A stretch of 64,000 nucleotides of DNA, taken from assembly GCA_043228905.1 (NCBI GenBank), contig JBHGNT010000018.1, forward strand, positions 62,001-126,000, read 5' to 3'. The notes under the pieces are model-generated. The model made no database searches. It was not told the origin of the DNA and saw nothing but the letters and a program-made list of their open reading frames with translations. Positions 44,001-56,100 of this stretch are shown here, piece by piece (within the stretch, counting starts at the first letter, position 1; every line of letters starts with the position of its first letter). The stretch is from Azolla caroliniana (lineage: Eukaryota; Plantae; Polypodiophyta). Position numbers and translations under genes: made by a program.

Positions 44001-44949
44001 TCATTGTAAGCAAAATAATAGCAATAATAACCCATTCATTTTTCTCAAGATTTAGGAGAATTCCAGATGTACCCCTGGAGTCGAGTACTAGTCAAGTTAA
44101 CCCAAGAAAAAGTGTATCCTTTTGTGGGTCAAAACTTGACGAGAGATGTGGAAAATTGAAAAGTGTATCCTTTCCTATCAAATTTGAGGGATGTGAGTGA
44201 CTAACATTACGGAGGGTAAGGAAGATATGGTGATGTGGAAGATGGCACCAAGTCGACGAGGATTATGACATTGTTAGATTGCGAACCAATGTTCACTCGT
44301 CTTTATCGTTGCTAGACTGATTATAAACATTGTCCTTGAATGATGGAGTTAAATTGTGAATGTTGGTAGATATCTATTGAAATCAAAGGTTAACCACTCA
44401 AAGAAGTCAAAGCTCCCAAGATATCATAGGTCGCATGGGACCATTGGACCCATATGTTAGTATGCATTGTTGCTAGAAAAATGTGTGTACAACTAGACAA
44501 ACAATTCGTGGAGATTATCTCACTCTAATCATCAGACACATTGTCTTTTGTTGTTAATTTCTAAGTAGCTCCATCATGGCCACCAAGTAAGGTCACCCCT
44601 ACCTCAAATGCCTTCTCTTGAACCTCTTATGTATGCCCTTGACGTGCATGGCCCATACTTATCTAGAATTTGATTTTAAAAGAAGACTATGCAAATGACA
44701 ATAACTTATTGTAGCCAAAATAGGTTGAATCGCATGATATCTATTAATTCATAAGTAGAGATCCAAGACAAAGATTGGGCTTATTTATATTGTATTAAAT
44801 CTTATTTAATTATTCATCTTTATCTCTCTTACAATTGTGTGCCCTTTGGGCAACTCATGTAGGTTAAATAGTGGATCGTTATAATGGCATTAAGCTTTAA
44901 ATAGAGCATTTGTAACATTCAATTAGTTGGGCATTTGTAACGCTCTCTT

Positions 44950-46100
44950 ATGATGGATACCCCAAATGTCAAAAAATAGAGCCATTTTCAACCCTTTCAG
45001 TACAAGAGACAAGGTGAGGCTTCCTCCAACTATGTAATTTAGGTGTGAAGGCAAATTCCTTTCTAAAGATTCTTACATGAGGCTTGTGGAAACGAGTGAA
45101 TTATCTGGCGGAAATTGAGCTATTATATGTCCCCATAGATGGAAGGGTTAGACCCACAATATCACCATGAGTTGCATTGTCTAATCGATTCTCCATGTCG
45201 TTAAACCCAAAACTTTGAATTGGGACATCTTTATCACTAGTTCCAAATGGTGTTCCTTCATTTATAATAACCATAATAGCAAGCATTCTAACATCTCTCC
45301 CAAGTCCCCAACTCATTCCTTACCAACCCCTCCATTAGGGATCTCCATAAATGAAAGAGGAGGATGTTGGCATTTTGCCATAAACTAGACCAAATCACGA
45401 TTCACCACATCCAAAGCAATGACCCACAAATGTCTTTGACTTCAGTTTAAAAGAAAGTTGTTCATACACACCCATTCATGGTCTACTATGACTTGTATCC
45501 CATAATACACAAAATTTGCACTTGTTTTATGCATTTGCATGTGAGAATACCAACACTTTACCTGTTGGATTCATCGAGTCTAAAAAGGGGCCATAAAAAT
45601 ACATGCTTACACTCCAATCTTACCCAAACCAAGCACTCCTATTTCAACAAAGGTTGATCGTCCAACGTGGGGGACAATTTCATTTTCATGCACCAACCGT
45701 AGATCCAGGACCACAAGAACTTTATCCAACAACATGCTTTGATGTTCAAGGGAACGGAATATGGCATCATAAAACCCCCATAGACTTGCATGTATATTTA
45801 TATCCGACCATTGTTTTTCTAATATAGTGATGGGAGTCTCCAATTAAAAAAATAAGGTAACACCATGATCGTAAAAGGCATCGAGATAGTGCAAAACTGC
45901 CTTAACATCAATTTCTGTCATGCACATCCTCCCCGATACATTCTTTTGTGTCCATTTCATCTCATCCTCTTCTACAAAATAACAAACAAGGAATTAACAA
46001 ATCTCCCAACTAGAATCATCATTACATGTGAGTTGGCTCCTATCTTATGTAGAATGAAATTGTTGTCCTACCACTTGGAAGAGGGAAATAAGGCATAGCA
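44950..46100 (-). mobile_element. Highly degraded Ty3/Gypsy-like pol remnant
   Basis: Fragmentary translations resemble integrase zinc-binding (RDLV*FMAKCQ) and core-start (GDIVGLTLPS) motifs. No LTRs seen. Confidence 0.4.
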
Positions 46101-46118
46101 AACATTTGAGTACATTAG

Positions 46119-46272
46119 CAATGCTATATGTACAATATATCATGAAGCCTGATTGTGCTAATATATATTAGTTATCTAATGAGAAGGACGTCTCAATCAT
46201 AGATACAATGCTGTACAGTATATCATGAAGCCTGATTGTGTTAATATATATTAGTTATCTAATGAGAAGGAC
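46119..46272. repeat. Tandem duplication of a ~70-bp segment
   Basis: CAATGCT...TATATCATGAAGCCTGATTGTG(C/T)TAATATATATTAGTTATCTAATGAGAAGGAC occurs twice. Confidence 0.9.
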
Positions 46273-46446
46273 ATGGATCCCCTTTGGAAGAGGAAAAGAG
46301 GGCTTAATAGGATGCATAGTACAAGGTTATACATTAGAACTTACATCTTAATGCTTATTTGGGTTGGGTGCCTGTATCATATAACACCATGCCATGGCCC
46401 ATGACGCATACACATCCGTGAACAAAGGGAGGGCATCCAAGTGTTG

Positions 46447-48489
46447 CTAAACCTTAGAAGATTCACATGCCATATCAATGGAATCAAATAGTATAGAATA
46501 ATTTCTTGTACTTAACACTCTGTTGTAGCAGCCTAGCGTGTCTCCATAGCGATACTCTTGTTGTAAAGCTCCCACACCTGCAGTCACACTACTCCCAACA
46601 ACAATCATATTGCCTTCTGCAGCCTGCCAGTTCCTCAAGGATTCAAACGAATACATATTGGCCAAGGATGAGCTTGTGGAACTCTCTTTGTTAAACGCAT
46701 GCGTGAGGTTGCATTCTTGAGTGTATGTCACGTTATCACCATTGTCAAGTGAACAGTAAAGGTATAAGGGGAAGGTGTGAGTCGTTTGCTGAGAAAAGAT
46801 TACATTAGAGTCCGCCATTTTTGCCACAACCTCTCCCTTTGTTTGGATGTCTTGAGTGACGATTTGGACGGAGGAATTGTTTTGGAGGAGCATGACATTG
46901 TTGAAGCCAAAGGAATAGGATACGTTGGTAAAGATGGTCCCAAAGCTAGAGATAACGTAGCCCGAGAATGAAAGGAATCGCTGTGCATTGGTATGGAACT
47001 CGCCATCTAATCCTTGAAAGCTCGAGGTGTCGTGCGATACCAAGGGGGGCACATCGTAGGTTAAAAGTGTGCCCGAGGTTTGCAATGTGCGAGAGTCGAG
47101 CCACAGATGAAGGTTGGCACCCAAAAGCCAAGAGCCATCCGCATTCTTGACTCGCATACTGATGGTGTGGTTGTTTCCATCCACGAGCAAGCCAACAAAG
47201 GGCGTGAGCTCTATGTCATAGGAGGGCAAATTGAAAGCTCCTATGGCCGCAGCGGGCCTCCAATAAAGGGGATTAATACCCCCCGTGAAGATGGTGGGAA
47301 ATGGCCAGGCTGCACCCACCACCTGCGTCCCATCATCATCATCATCCAGGAATACCTGTACCTCCCTGAATGGCCCATTCCCCGGCTCAGCACTCAGCAG
47401 CCCATTGGCTTCCAAGTAGTCATTGGGCGGATTGGTGTACCAAAACTCATCATTGCCGTGGAAAGAGACGCACACTTCGAGCACGGCTCTCACGATGTTG
47501 CTGGGCGGCCTAAACACCACCGTCGCCGTTTCATTCTCGGATGAAACCTGGAGCCAATGGCCTAGCCCAGGGAGTGCCTCCGAATTGGAGATGGGTACAA
47601 TTAGATCTGCAGGCCCATCTGTAGGGAATGCTGCTGCTGCTGCATTCTTATTATTATTCTCGGCATTATTCAGGGGCCCATCAAACGGGAGCTTCTTATT
47701 CAGGGGGCTTGTCAACAGGAGATTGATGTTGCTCTTGCTCTTGTCATCATCAATGCGTGACGCCTCTCCATGGCCATAAACATCATGATGATCATCTGAA
47801 TGTGATCTTCTATAAAACTCTAATGTAATGTTGATGTGGAAAACGCCAGTGTATGTGCTGTCCACCACATTTGCTAGCTCCAGGACAACATTCTGTGCCG
47901 ACATAAAGACAGAGAAGAAGCGAGAAACGTCTTTCTTTACTTCCCAATACACGCCTTGGGATGTGGGCTCAGCTGTGCAAGTGCGGAGGATCTCCACGCC
48001 ACCGAACCACAGGGCAGAGATGCGATCGAATTGCCTCCCCTTGCAGCTTCCGCTCCATTTCAGCACAATCTGGTAATCCTCTGCTGTACTGGTGCTGTTG
48101 CTTATACAGTGGGCAGGTGGTCCCGTGTAACTCGCGGTGGCTGGAGGCAAGCTGTACGTGTTGGCAAATTCATGCTGCAGAACTAAAATCGAGCAGTCGG
48201 GTACCGAGCCTGTCGTGTCTTCTCTATTAATTGCATTCACAGGCCTAGACACCTCGAAGAAGATGTCAGCAGGACGGATGCTTGGATCTGTATCCTGGTC
48301 GTCGTCTTCATGGAGAATAGCAGTGCCACCAAAGCCCATGGAGGAGGAGGAAGGGGGCTTCCTCAGCCGATGGATGAATGTGGTGGTGCTACTAGGGAGG
48401 ACGGCTCCATCAGAGGTGGAGAGTAAGAATGGTATGCCGCAGAGGATGGAGAAAATGAGGGTGCTGCGATACACTCTGGCCTTCTCCAT
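46447..48489 (-). CDS. Peptide-N4-(N-acetyl-beta-glucosaminyl)asparagine amidase A (PNGase A), intronless, secreted
   Basis: 680-aa ORF with a signal peptide and family motifs FFEVSRP, GRQFDRISALWFGGVEILRTCTAEP, WEVKKDVSRF, SFHGNDEFWYTNPP, GNGPFREV, PFPTIFTGGINPLYWRP, FNLPSYDIELTPF. Confidence 0.95.
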   Translation of the reverse strand: MEKARVYRSTLIFSILCGIPFLLSTSDGAVLPSSTTTFIHRLRKPPSSSSMGFGGTAILHEDDDQDTDPSIRPADIFFEVSRPVNAINREDTTGSVPDCSILVLQHEFANTYSLPPATASYTGPPAHCISNSTSTAEDYQIVLKWSGSCKGRQFDRISALWFGGVEILRTCTAEPTSQGVYWEVKKDVSRFFSVFMSAQNVVLELANVVDSTYTGVFHINITLEFYRRSHSDDHHDVYGHGEASRIDDDKSKSNINLLLTSPLNKKLPFDGPLNNAENNNKNAAAAAFPTDGPADLIVPISNSEALPGLGHWLQVSSENETATVVFRPPSNIVRAVLEVCVSFHGNDEFWYTNPPNDYLEANGLLSAEPGNGPFREVQVFLDDDDDGTQVVGAAWPFPTIFTGGINPLYWRPAAAIGAFNLPSYDIELTPFVGLLVDGNNHTISMRVKNADGSWLLGANLHLWLDSRTLQTSGTLLTYDVPPLVSHDTSSFQGLDGEFHTNAQRFLSFSGYVISSFGTIFTNVSYSFGFNNVMLLQNNSSVQIVTQDIQTKGEVVAKMADSNVIFSQQTTHTFPLYLYCSLDNGDNVTYTQECNLTHAFNKESSTSSSLANMYSFESLRNWQAAEGNMIVVGSSVTAGVGALQQEYRYGDTLGCYNRVLSTRNYSILFDSIDMACESSKV

Positions 48490-49299
48490 TGTATACGACA
48501 GGATAATAAGGAGGAGGAGGATCTGTGATTGATGGATATGGTGGAGACAAGGTCAGATAGAAACACAGAGACACAGCGAGAGAGAGAGAGAGAGAGAGAG
48601 AGGAGACTTTTTAGTCGTGGGAGGGATGGATAGAGGTACAACCACACAGCAGCTCCGTCCCGACGGGAAGGATAAAAGAAGAGTAAAGCCACAACAATAA
48701 TTATTATTAATAATCACTGGTCTCATTTACATAGATAATCTGAATATCAAACAATGCCTTCCCTTCCCTTCAAAGACTCCATTTCCCCCCCCGTTAGAAA
48801 TAAGAAGACGTCTGCAGACTGCCAATGTACTTTCCATCAACGTTAATCCCCACTTAAATAACTAGAGGCCCTAGCTCCTAACTAATGGGAAAGTAGCTTC
48901 ATTTTGAAAATAAATAAATACTAGAGGCCCTAGCGTGTAGTCATTTGTTCATAGCTTGTGTGTGATCCCAACCAATTTCCAACCCAATATGTGAAATGGA
49001 CAACAATAAAGGCGTGTCACTTTTGGTGGGAGAAATGACAAATGATTTCACGCATGAAACTAAAGTTTGAGCACTATATTTGCTTTACCCCATCATAAAC
49101 ATTGGAAAATTTCAAGCGCATAAACATTGGTTTACTGGATTCTTTACAAACTCAATGTAAAGTCATTCAATACAATATTTTTCTTATTCCTGAATACTAA
49201 TTGACTGCCCATCATTCATAATAGCAAAGTAGTTATCTCCATTTCTAGAAAAAAAAACCAATAATTAAATGTCCAAGAACAATATGCATTTTCAGCAAT

Positions 49300-50250
49300 G
49301 ATCCATCCTTCCAATATCAAAGGTGACTTTTTCTTATTTTCTAGCAACCCATCCTCCATGAATTATCGAAATATAAGGATCCATCATGCTTCTTAACATA
49401 CTAATTCTTACTCTTCTCCTCATGGTCATGCCTTCTTGGTGTAGTGTTGCACAGTGAAGCCACAACCAGTGAAGATTGCCAAAGTCTTTGAACTACAATT
49501 CCACTGTAAATTTATCAACCTTATTAATTGTTATTGAGATGTCTTTTCCCAATCCTCGGCTTTGCATTCTTTATTATAATTTATGCCTATATCAAACCCA
49601 CATGAACAAAGTTCCACCCCCATCTCCAACAACAATATAGAATGAACCCCACTAACATCACCCTCATCAAAGACAAAATCAATAAACTTCTATTAATGGG
49701 GTTTGTTCATCCCATCTCCAAAGGCCATGTTATTGAGCTTTATAGTCGTCATTCCGAAGAAGAAAGGCAAGATACATCTATGTATGTGTTGACAATCATA
49801 AGGCCAAATTAGCCATATTTGTGACACTTTTTTGTTGCCATTACAAATAGTTTCCTCAATACAAAAGCCGGCCATGAAAGGAATAGGTTTCTCAAAGTCT
49901 TGAGCAACTACAACTAGATCCACGTGGTAGTCAAGGATCAAAAGGAAATTGCTTTGATCACATATTGGTGCATCTATGTGCTTGTCATGACGATGTTAAA
50001 CCTCAAAACAACCCTCATTATGTTCCCACTCATTATCATTGATATCTTTGGGTTGTACAATCCACTCATTTATGTAGGTCTTTCTTGACAATTCAACCAC
50101 TTATGCCACTTGGGACTATGCTTGGAATGGTACCCCATTCATCGATTAAGCTTGAATCCCCACATGCGTGTGTTTGAAGTAGCAAGGATGACATCGCCAT
50201 GGCTTCACCGATGCTTTTGGTCTTACCCATTGGTAGTGTATTGGGGATAA
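49300..50250 (-). mobile_element. Possible degraded retroelement remnant
   Basis: Decayed coding-like sequence; short ORF 49693-49941 is loosely RT/RNase H-connector-like (DFEKPIPF). Weak support. Confidence 0.25.
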
Positions 50251-50916
50251 ATCATCACGTAAGCTTACATTAATTTTATTACTACAAACCCAATGCTGCA
50301 AAAATATTGTATGCAACTAAAATGTTGCACTTTGCACAAAAAGTAGGCCATTAGCTTCTATTAGTGGCCAACATTTCTACAAGTACAAGTCCACAATTTG
50401 GGCCAAGAGGGAAAGGTACCAGTGACAAATCGCAACCACAATACCATTGAAGCAAAGTCAAGCGTCATTGCGCCAATTATATGTGTATATACATACCATT
50501 GATAATGTATGCACGCTTTAACAACTTGACTGAATCGTAATGTTAGACTTGTGAGCAATGAGCTTTCCGGTATGCCACATAATCAGTCTTCATCTCTCCC
50601 GCGGACCTTTAAAAGATCTCTCCCTCTTATGGGTTGGGTTTAAAGGGAATGAATCAATGGCTTTCTTCCCTATTGGCTTCTGTTGTTCTACGTGTAGTAT
50701 TGATTGATGATCTCTCTCACTAATAAATAAGCCAACGCCTTTCTCTTCTATAATTTGCTATTCTGAGATTTCTAAGCATAGAAGAAAGAACTAGATCAAT
50801 TGAAGATGAAAGAGAAATTCGTAAGCAGTATCAATCTTGGTTTTGTTCCTGTGAAAGTTATTTTCATTCATTTGTCGTGTGTTTCTCGCAAGGTCTACCT
50901 GTTTTATGGAACTGTG

Positions 50917-51009
50917 ATGGAATTGGGGGACAGGGCAATAGGCTTCTCAATGCTTTTGTTTTCTGTGTCTCTCTTTGCATACTACACATTCTGGGTTATC
51001 ATTTTGTTT

Positions 51010-51051
<42 letters not shown>

Positions 51052-51943
51052 GTGTTTTTAAGACGTGAATGTCGAACAATCTGGGGTTATGTCAAGAAAC
51101 TTATGCCACATTCTGGGAGTAATGTGAGAATAATCATTTGGGTTTTTAAACATGATGGTCCGAGAGGAAATAGTAACAGGTCTTATACTCCCACAGCCAT
51201 CATATTTGGTGATGCGCCTATTTTCTAGGCAAAGGCTGCATCACCTTATATCAATATGGAGACCGTACTGGCCAAAAGTAGGTCGTTAGCTTGTTGATAT
51301 TAGCAGTTGGCTAAACTAGCTAGGGGGGTTTGGGTTCTAACAACCTCTAAGTATGTATTATGTATGTAACTAACGAATATTTGTAAATTGGGCTACCGGG
51401 TTCTTTTTTCATGTCAGCGTCTCTCCATGCATCTGCTTTTAATGATTGAAATCATCAAGGTCAAGTCTGCCCATCGCACAGCACAAAGTTACAGAAACTT
51501 GTCTCATCATTCAATTATGTATTGGTACAATGGTTTACAACATTTCTATGTAGACCCCCATACGTGATGAAACTGATCATCTTGCATTTATATCCAGTAC
51601 TGAAGATGATAAGCTCCAAGTACCTTGGTTTTCATTAACATTTGACCACAGGGACGAACATGGCATAGCTGTATTACTGCTGGCAAGAAGCATTGGAAAC
51701 ATATTTATGTAGGATTTTATTTCTTTAAATGCTAGAGCTAATCTGGTTTAATTTTTTGTACAATTTCTTTTTGTTTTGCAGCCATTCGTCGATGAGGACC
51801 ATTTTATTCATAAGTACGTTCTACCACATCAGTATGCAATCATTATTCCCACATTTGGACTTGTAACTCTTTTTTGTTTCTTGGTTGTATTTATTGGTCT
51901 GATTATGCTAAAAAGAAGAAGTCCTAAATCTCACACCCATTAG
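50917..51943 (+). CDS. DPM2: Dolichol-phosphate mannosyltransferase regulatory subunit 2
   Basis: Exon 1 50917-51006 MELGDRAIGFSMLLFSVSLFAYYTFWVIIL. Exon 2 51782-51943 PFVDEDHFIHKYVLPHQYAIIIPTFGLVTLFCFLVVFIGLIMLKRRSPKSHTH*. The donor site is anomalous (see findings). Confidence 0.9.
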
Positions 51944-53183
51944 TTGTTAGAAGATGTATTTTCTTAGTTAAACATGTCATGGGAAGGATCCGACAAGCCT
52001 GCCTCTCCGCTTTATGATGAGGACTTCCTGCTCGATAAACGGAAACCTATGGAAGTCTACCACACTCTTGTAACTTTCCCAATAAGTTAATAACTGTAGA
52101 ATTACGAATCATTTTCTTTACTGATGTGGAAAATCATCAAACTTCTATGTTTTTATTATGAGGCCATTTTTGTATTTTTTTTGCAATCGTTTCTCTCTAA
52201 ACTCAGAATGCTAAGTGTATAGTTAATGAGGATATTTGTTACCACAAGGTAGTTTTAATCCAACTCTATTTATTTTGGTTGATTATTCTTGAAGATGAGA
52301 CAACATTTTGAGAATAAATTACTTCATTCTTCTTTCCCTCTTTCATCTTTTAATATTAGAAGCCATTGCATTACCCAAAACATCATTGTGGATTCATGTA
52401 TAATACAGTCAACATAATCAAGACAGGCATCCAAAATAGTGACGAAAATGATAGGTATGGCATCACCACCAATTAACACATCAATACAATAATAAATAGG
52501 TCAGAACCAAATGTTGTTTCCATCCTAAGGTGTGTTCATACTTTGAAGCACAAAGTCTCGATGTGTGAATTAAGGCATACACATATGAGCTCTAGGTCAT
52601 AACCCGCCTTCACATATTATTATAGACTTGAAGAATTGCACTATACGTTGAGCATGTAAAAACCAAGTGATATTCATCCTTTATTAACCCTTCCTCACAT
52701 AGCTTACATACCACTTTATTGAAGGAGACCATTTGCATGCATGTCAATGGATGCCATCTACCAATCATGATATGGTGCTCAATGTTGATATGATATTAAA
52801 TAGATCAACATTGCAAAAAGGATGTCTCAGTAGATTTTTGGGAAGTAATAAATGTGGAAAATGCTGGTATTACTTCTTTGCATTATTTTATTGCCAAGCA
52901 AAGTTGGTATTTCCAACTTAGTACAGAGAAAGAAATGCAGGAATTTTCTGGGATTCCTTATTAGCAGAGTATTGTTAGAACTTCAGCATTCTTGTCTAGG
53001 TTAAAAAAAGAATGAACAATGAAAGTTAGCGATATCTAAAAACTAGATATATTCTACCTTCTGGACGATGCACACATTATGAACATCCCCACAGTAAAAA
53101 CAAACAGATGCTCTAAAATCACACAATCACCTGAAAGTACTGACCCATGAATAAATGAATTTCCATTCTCAATCAAAACCATT

Positions 53184-56100
53184 TTACATTGTTTCAAAAC
53201 TTCTACTACAAACACAATCTGGTGCTGGATATGTGTATAATGATTGTTTCACTTGACGAGGCTTGACATTGCCTATCCGATTATGGTGACCTTGCTTCAC
53301 TCGTCCTGTAAATTCTGTCCAATCAATACTTGTATTTAAAAAAACATCAGCCAAGTGTATCAAATCAGGCCGTATCGTCTTTTTAACACCTTCATATGTA
53401 CGATGACCAACCTAAAACACAAACCACCAAGACATAAACACCTCCACAAGAATATAACACATCTTCTTAGAGGCAAATGAGAAAGGAGGAAATGTAGTCC
53501 TACACTTACCAAAGCATTATGCATGTTGCCAGGTGAAGCTGAGATGAAAACATCACTATTCAAACTGACATAGTAGTCAAGGGCTGCCAATTGTGATGCT
53601 TTATTTTTAAATGCAGCTATCTCTTGGTGTGTAGTCAGACTGTATTTGGTTTGCATATACGGAAACAGCTGTCTCAGGCCAGCCATTCGTGGCTTTCCTC
53701 CATACACCTGTGCACAAACATTATTGAATAAATTGTGAATATTCTCAAAGAGTCAGGTACGAAGAGCAGAAAAAAGAATCTTAGAGAAAAACACCTTGTA
53801 AGATGCCACATAAAGCCGGGTATTGTTGGTGAACCCTAGAGCAGCTAGCATCAGGCCAACCTCTTCAGGTGTAAGAGGGCATTTTCCATGCTTGCGGAGC
53901 TCCACATCATTGTGCCGAGAGTTGGAAACCCTTCCTTGCCATAAATCCCTCCTATACTTCGCCATTGCCATTTGCTCTATTCTCCCGCCACCAAAGTCAC
54001 ACGCTGAATGGGCAACCATATCCTGAATGAGAATGTAATAGCATTAAACGTTAAATCAGTCACATATGAATTAAACATATGACAGTTGTATCACTGGCTA
54101 TTATGTTGCTGAAATACTGTGGGAAGCTTCACTCTAGTGCATTTAACATATATTTCAAATGAGGTTAGCCGGTTCATCAAACAAACTGAGAAACATACAC
54201 CAGCTATGAGGTGGGGGGAAACACGCATAGCAGTATTAAATAGCATTGCAAGTTCCCCTAGCTTGACATGGGAAAGTCAGATCAAAGAATGGCTTGGTGA
54301 ACTACATAAAATGAACGGGGAAAACATGTTATCAAGGAGACACAATGAGACTAGAAAGATTCATTTCAGTACAATATTTCACAAGGCATTAGGCAAAAAT
54401 AACATAAGAATAATATCGAAGTGCTCTTCGTATCTAAAATAATGCATAATCGTATAAGGATCCCTAATTGACGCAATATATATGTGGGAATACTGTTACA
54501 TCGTGGTACATCTCTCTTTCCACAAGGAGCCATCATCTGCCATTTAATTTTACACAAACATACACCTTACAGAAACCTGATCATCACACCAGAAGCCCAA
54601 TTTGCCATTGTTACATGGAATGGCACTGCAGGGATATTCCATGTAACAATGGCAACTGTTCTCCTGAAATTTTAAAAAAACTCTGTTGACATATTTCTCT
54701 TGATATACTGAGGAACTGTGATGTAGTTAGTGGGCACCACTCTGTCTCGTTTTCACAAAACACTAGGGGGTTCCATGAGGATCCTTAACGTTTATTCATT
54801 ACATAACACTGGTTGGGTTTGAAGGCAATCCATGCAACTTTTAACAGAGGATGACAGGAGACTGTCAATCTTAGCCATCAAACTGTCCAGCAAAAAAGAC
54901 AATAGATAATGAACATTTAAAAAAATATAAACGTTCCAAGTAATAGACGAGAAGAAAAAAGTTTCCATGACATCGTGGTAGTGATCTGTATCGACAGTTT
55001 GACGGTATCTCATTCCTTAACAACAGAGGTGATACCTTGGGCTTTGTGAACAGTTTACTATGGTCAAGAGATTTCGAATCAATATCCTAGTTTCAAGTTT
55101 CCTACTTTAGCAATGGATTGAAAGCACATACATGCCTGTACCCATCTGTTTTTCACTTCAGACATCATCCTGTTCCTGTTCCTGTTCTACGTGTATCATA
55201 TTGTTTCATGACCAAAAAAGACAATGTCCTTTGAGATTAAAGATTCAGGGAAAATATTCCTCTGATGCAATCTTACCAAAAAAATACTGACTGGATAGGC
55301 AGGCATACCTTGTCAAACCGTAAATGTAGAGCTAAAAACTTCCCTGACAGCATGACACTCTCCCCTTCAAAAACTGGTTTCCAATAGATCTCATTATTTT
55401 TTGTGCCTGTCGACCGTAAACGATCAATAATAAGATCACCGGTTTTTGTTATCTTATCAACAAATCGCAAAGCGTGAAAGTTCACTTTGCAGCGCAACTT
55501 CTGGATGTGTGGAGGTATTCCATCATAGGCTAATCTATGAGAAAAAGGCACCACTGCTGCAATGCCATAACTGCGAAAATTCCCATTTCAGATCCATGAG
55601 AAAAACGTATCACATCGACATTGGGCATTATGATTGCTTTTCAGCTATAATGTGAGAAAGTTGACACGCATATTGTGCATACACAAAATCCTATATAAAC
55701 AGTAAGACCCCTTATACCCATGCACAGCATCTAAATATTTTAATTCACGGGTATGAGGGGTCTTATTGGTTACATAGAAGATGGCAACGTGACAAAGAAG
55801 CAAACATAATGCACAGATTTCGATCTTATAAATTAATGCCTTACAATCAGCATTCATGAGAATTTCAACACCATGCATGAGAATTAAGTCAAATACAGCA
55901 AAGGTCAGAGAAGGCATGGATTATAGGTTCAAACTTCAGGAAAAAATTGTTGACCCAATCCAAAAACTGGTCACCTGATCCACCCAAGATGTGGAAAGGA
56001 CGATATAACTAGGCTTGGTAGATTTTGAACCTGACTGATTACCACAGACAATACTTCTTTCTAGAGAACAAGTTCAAATGCAAGGACACATATGTATGGA

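Noticed and set aside
46447-48489. Intronless, GC-richer PNGase A as a possible horizontal transfer
   Set aside because: Plant PNGase A genes are commonly intronless, and the motifs and signal peptide are plant-typical.
47080-48532. Several 80-154 aa plus-strand ORFs
   Set aside because: Antisense shadows of the PNGase A CDS.
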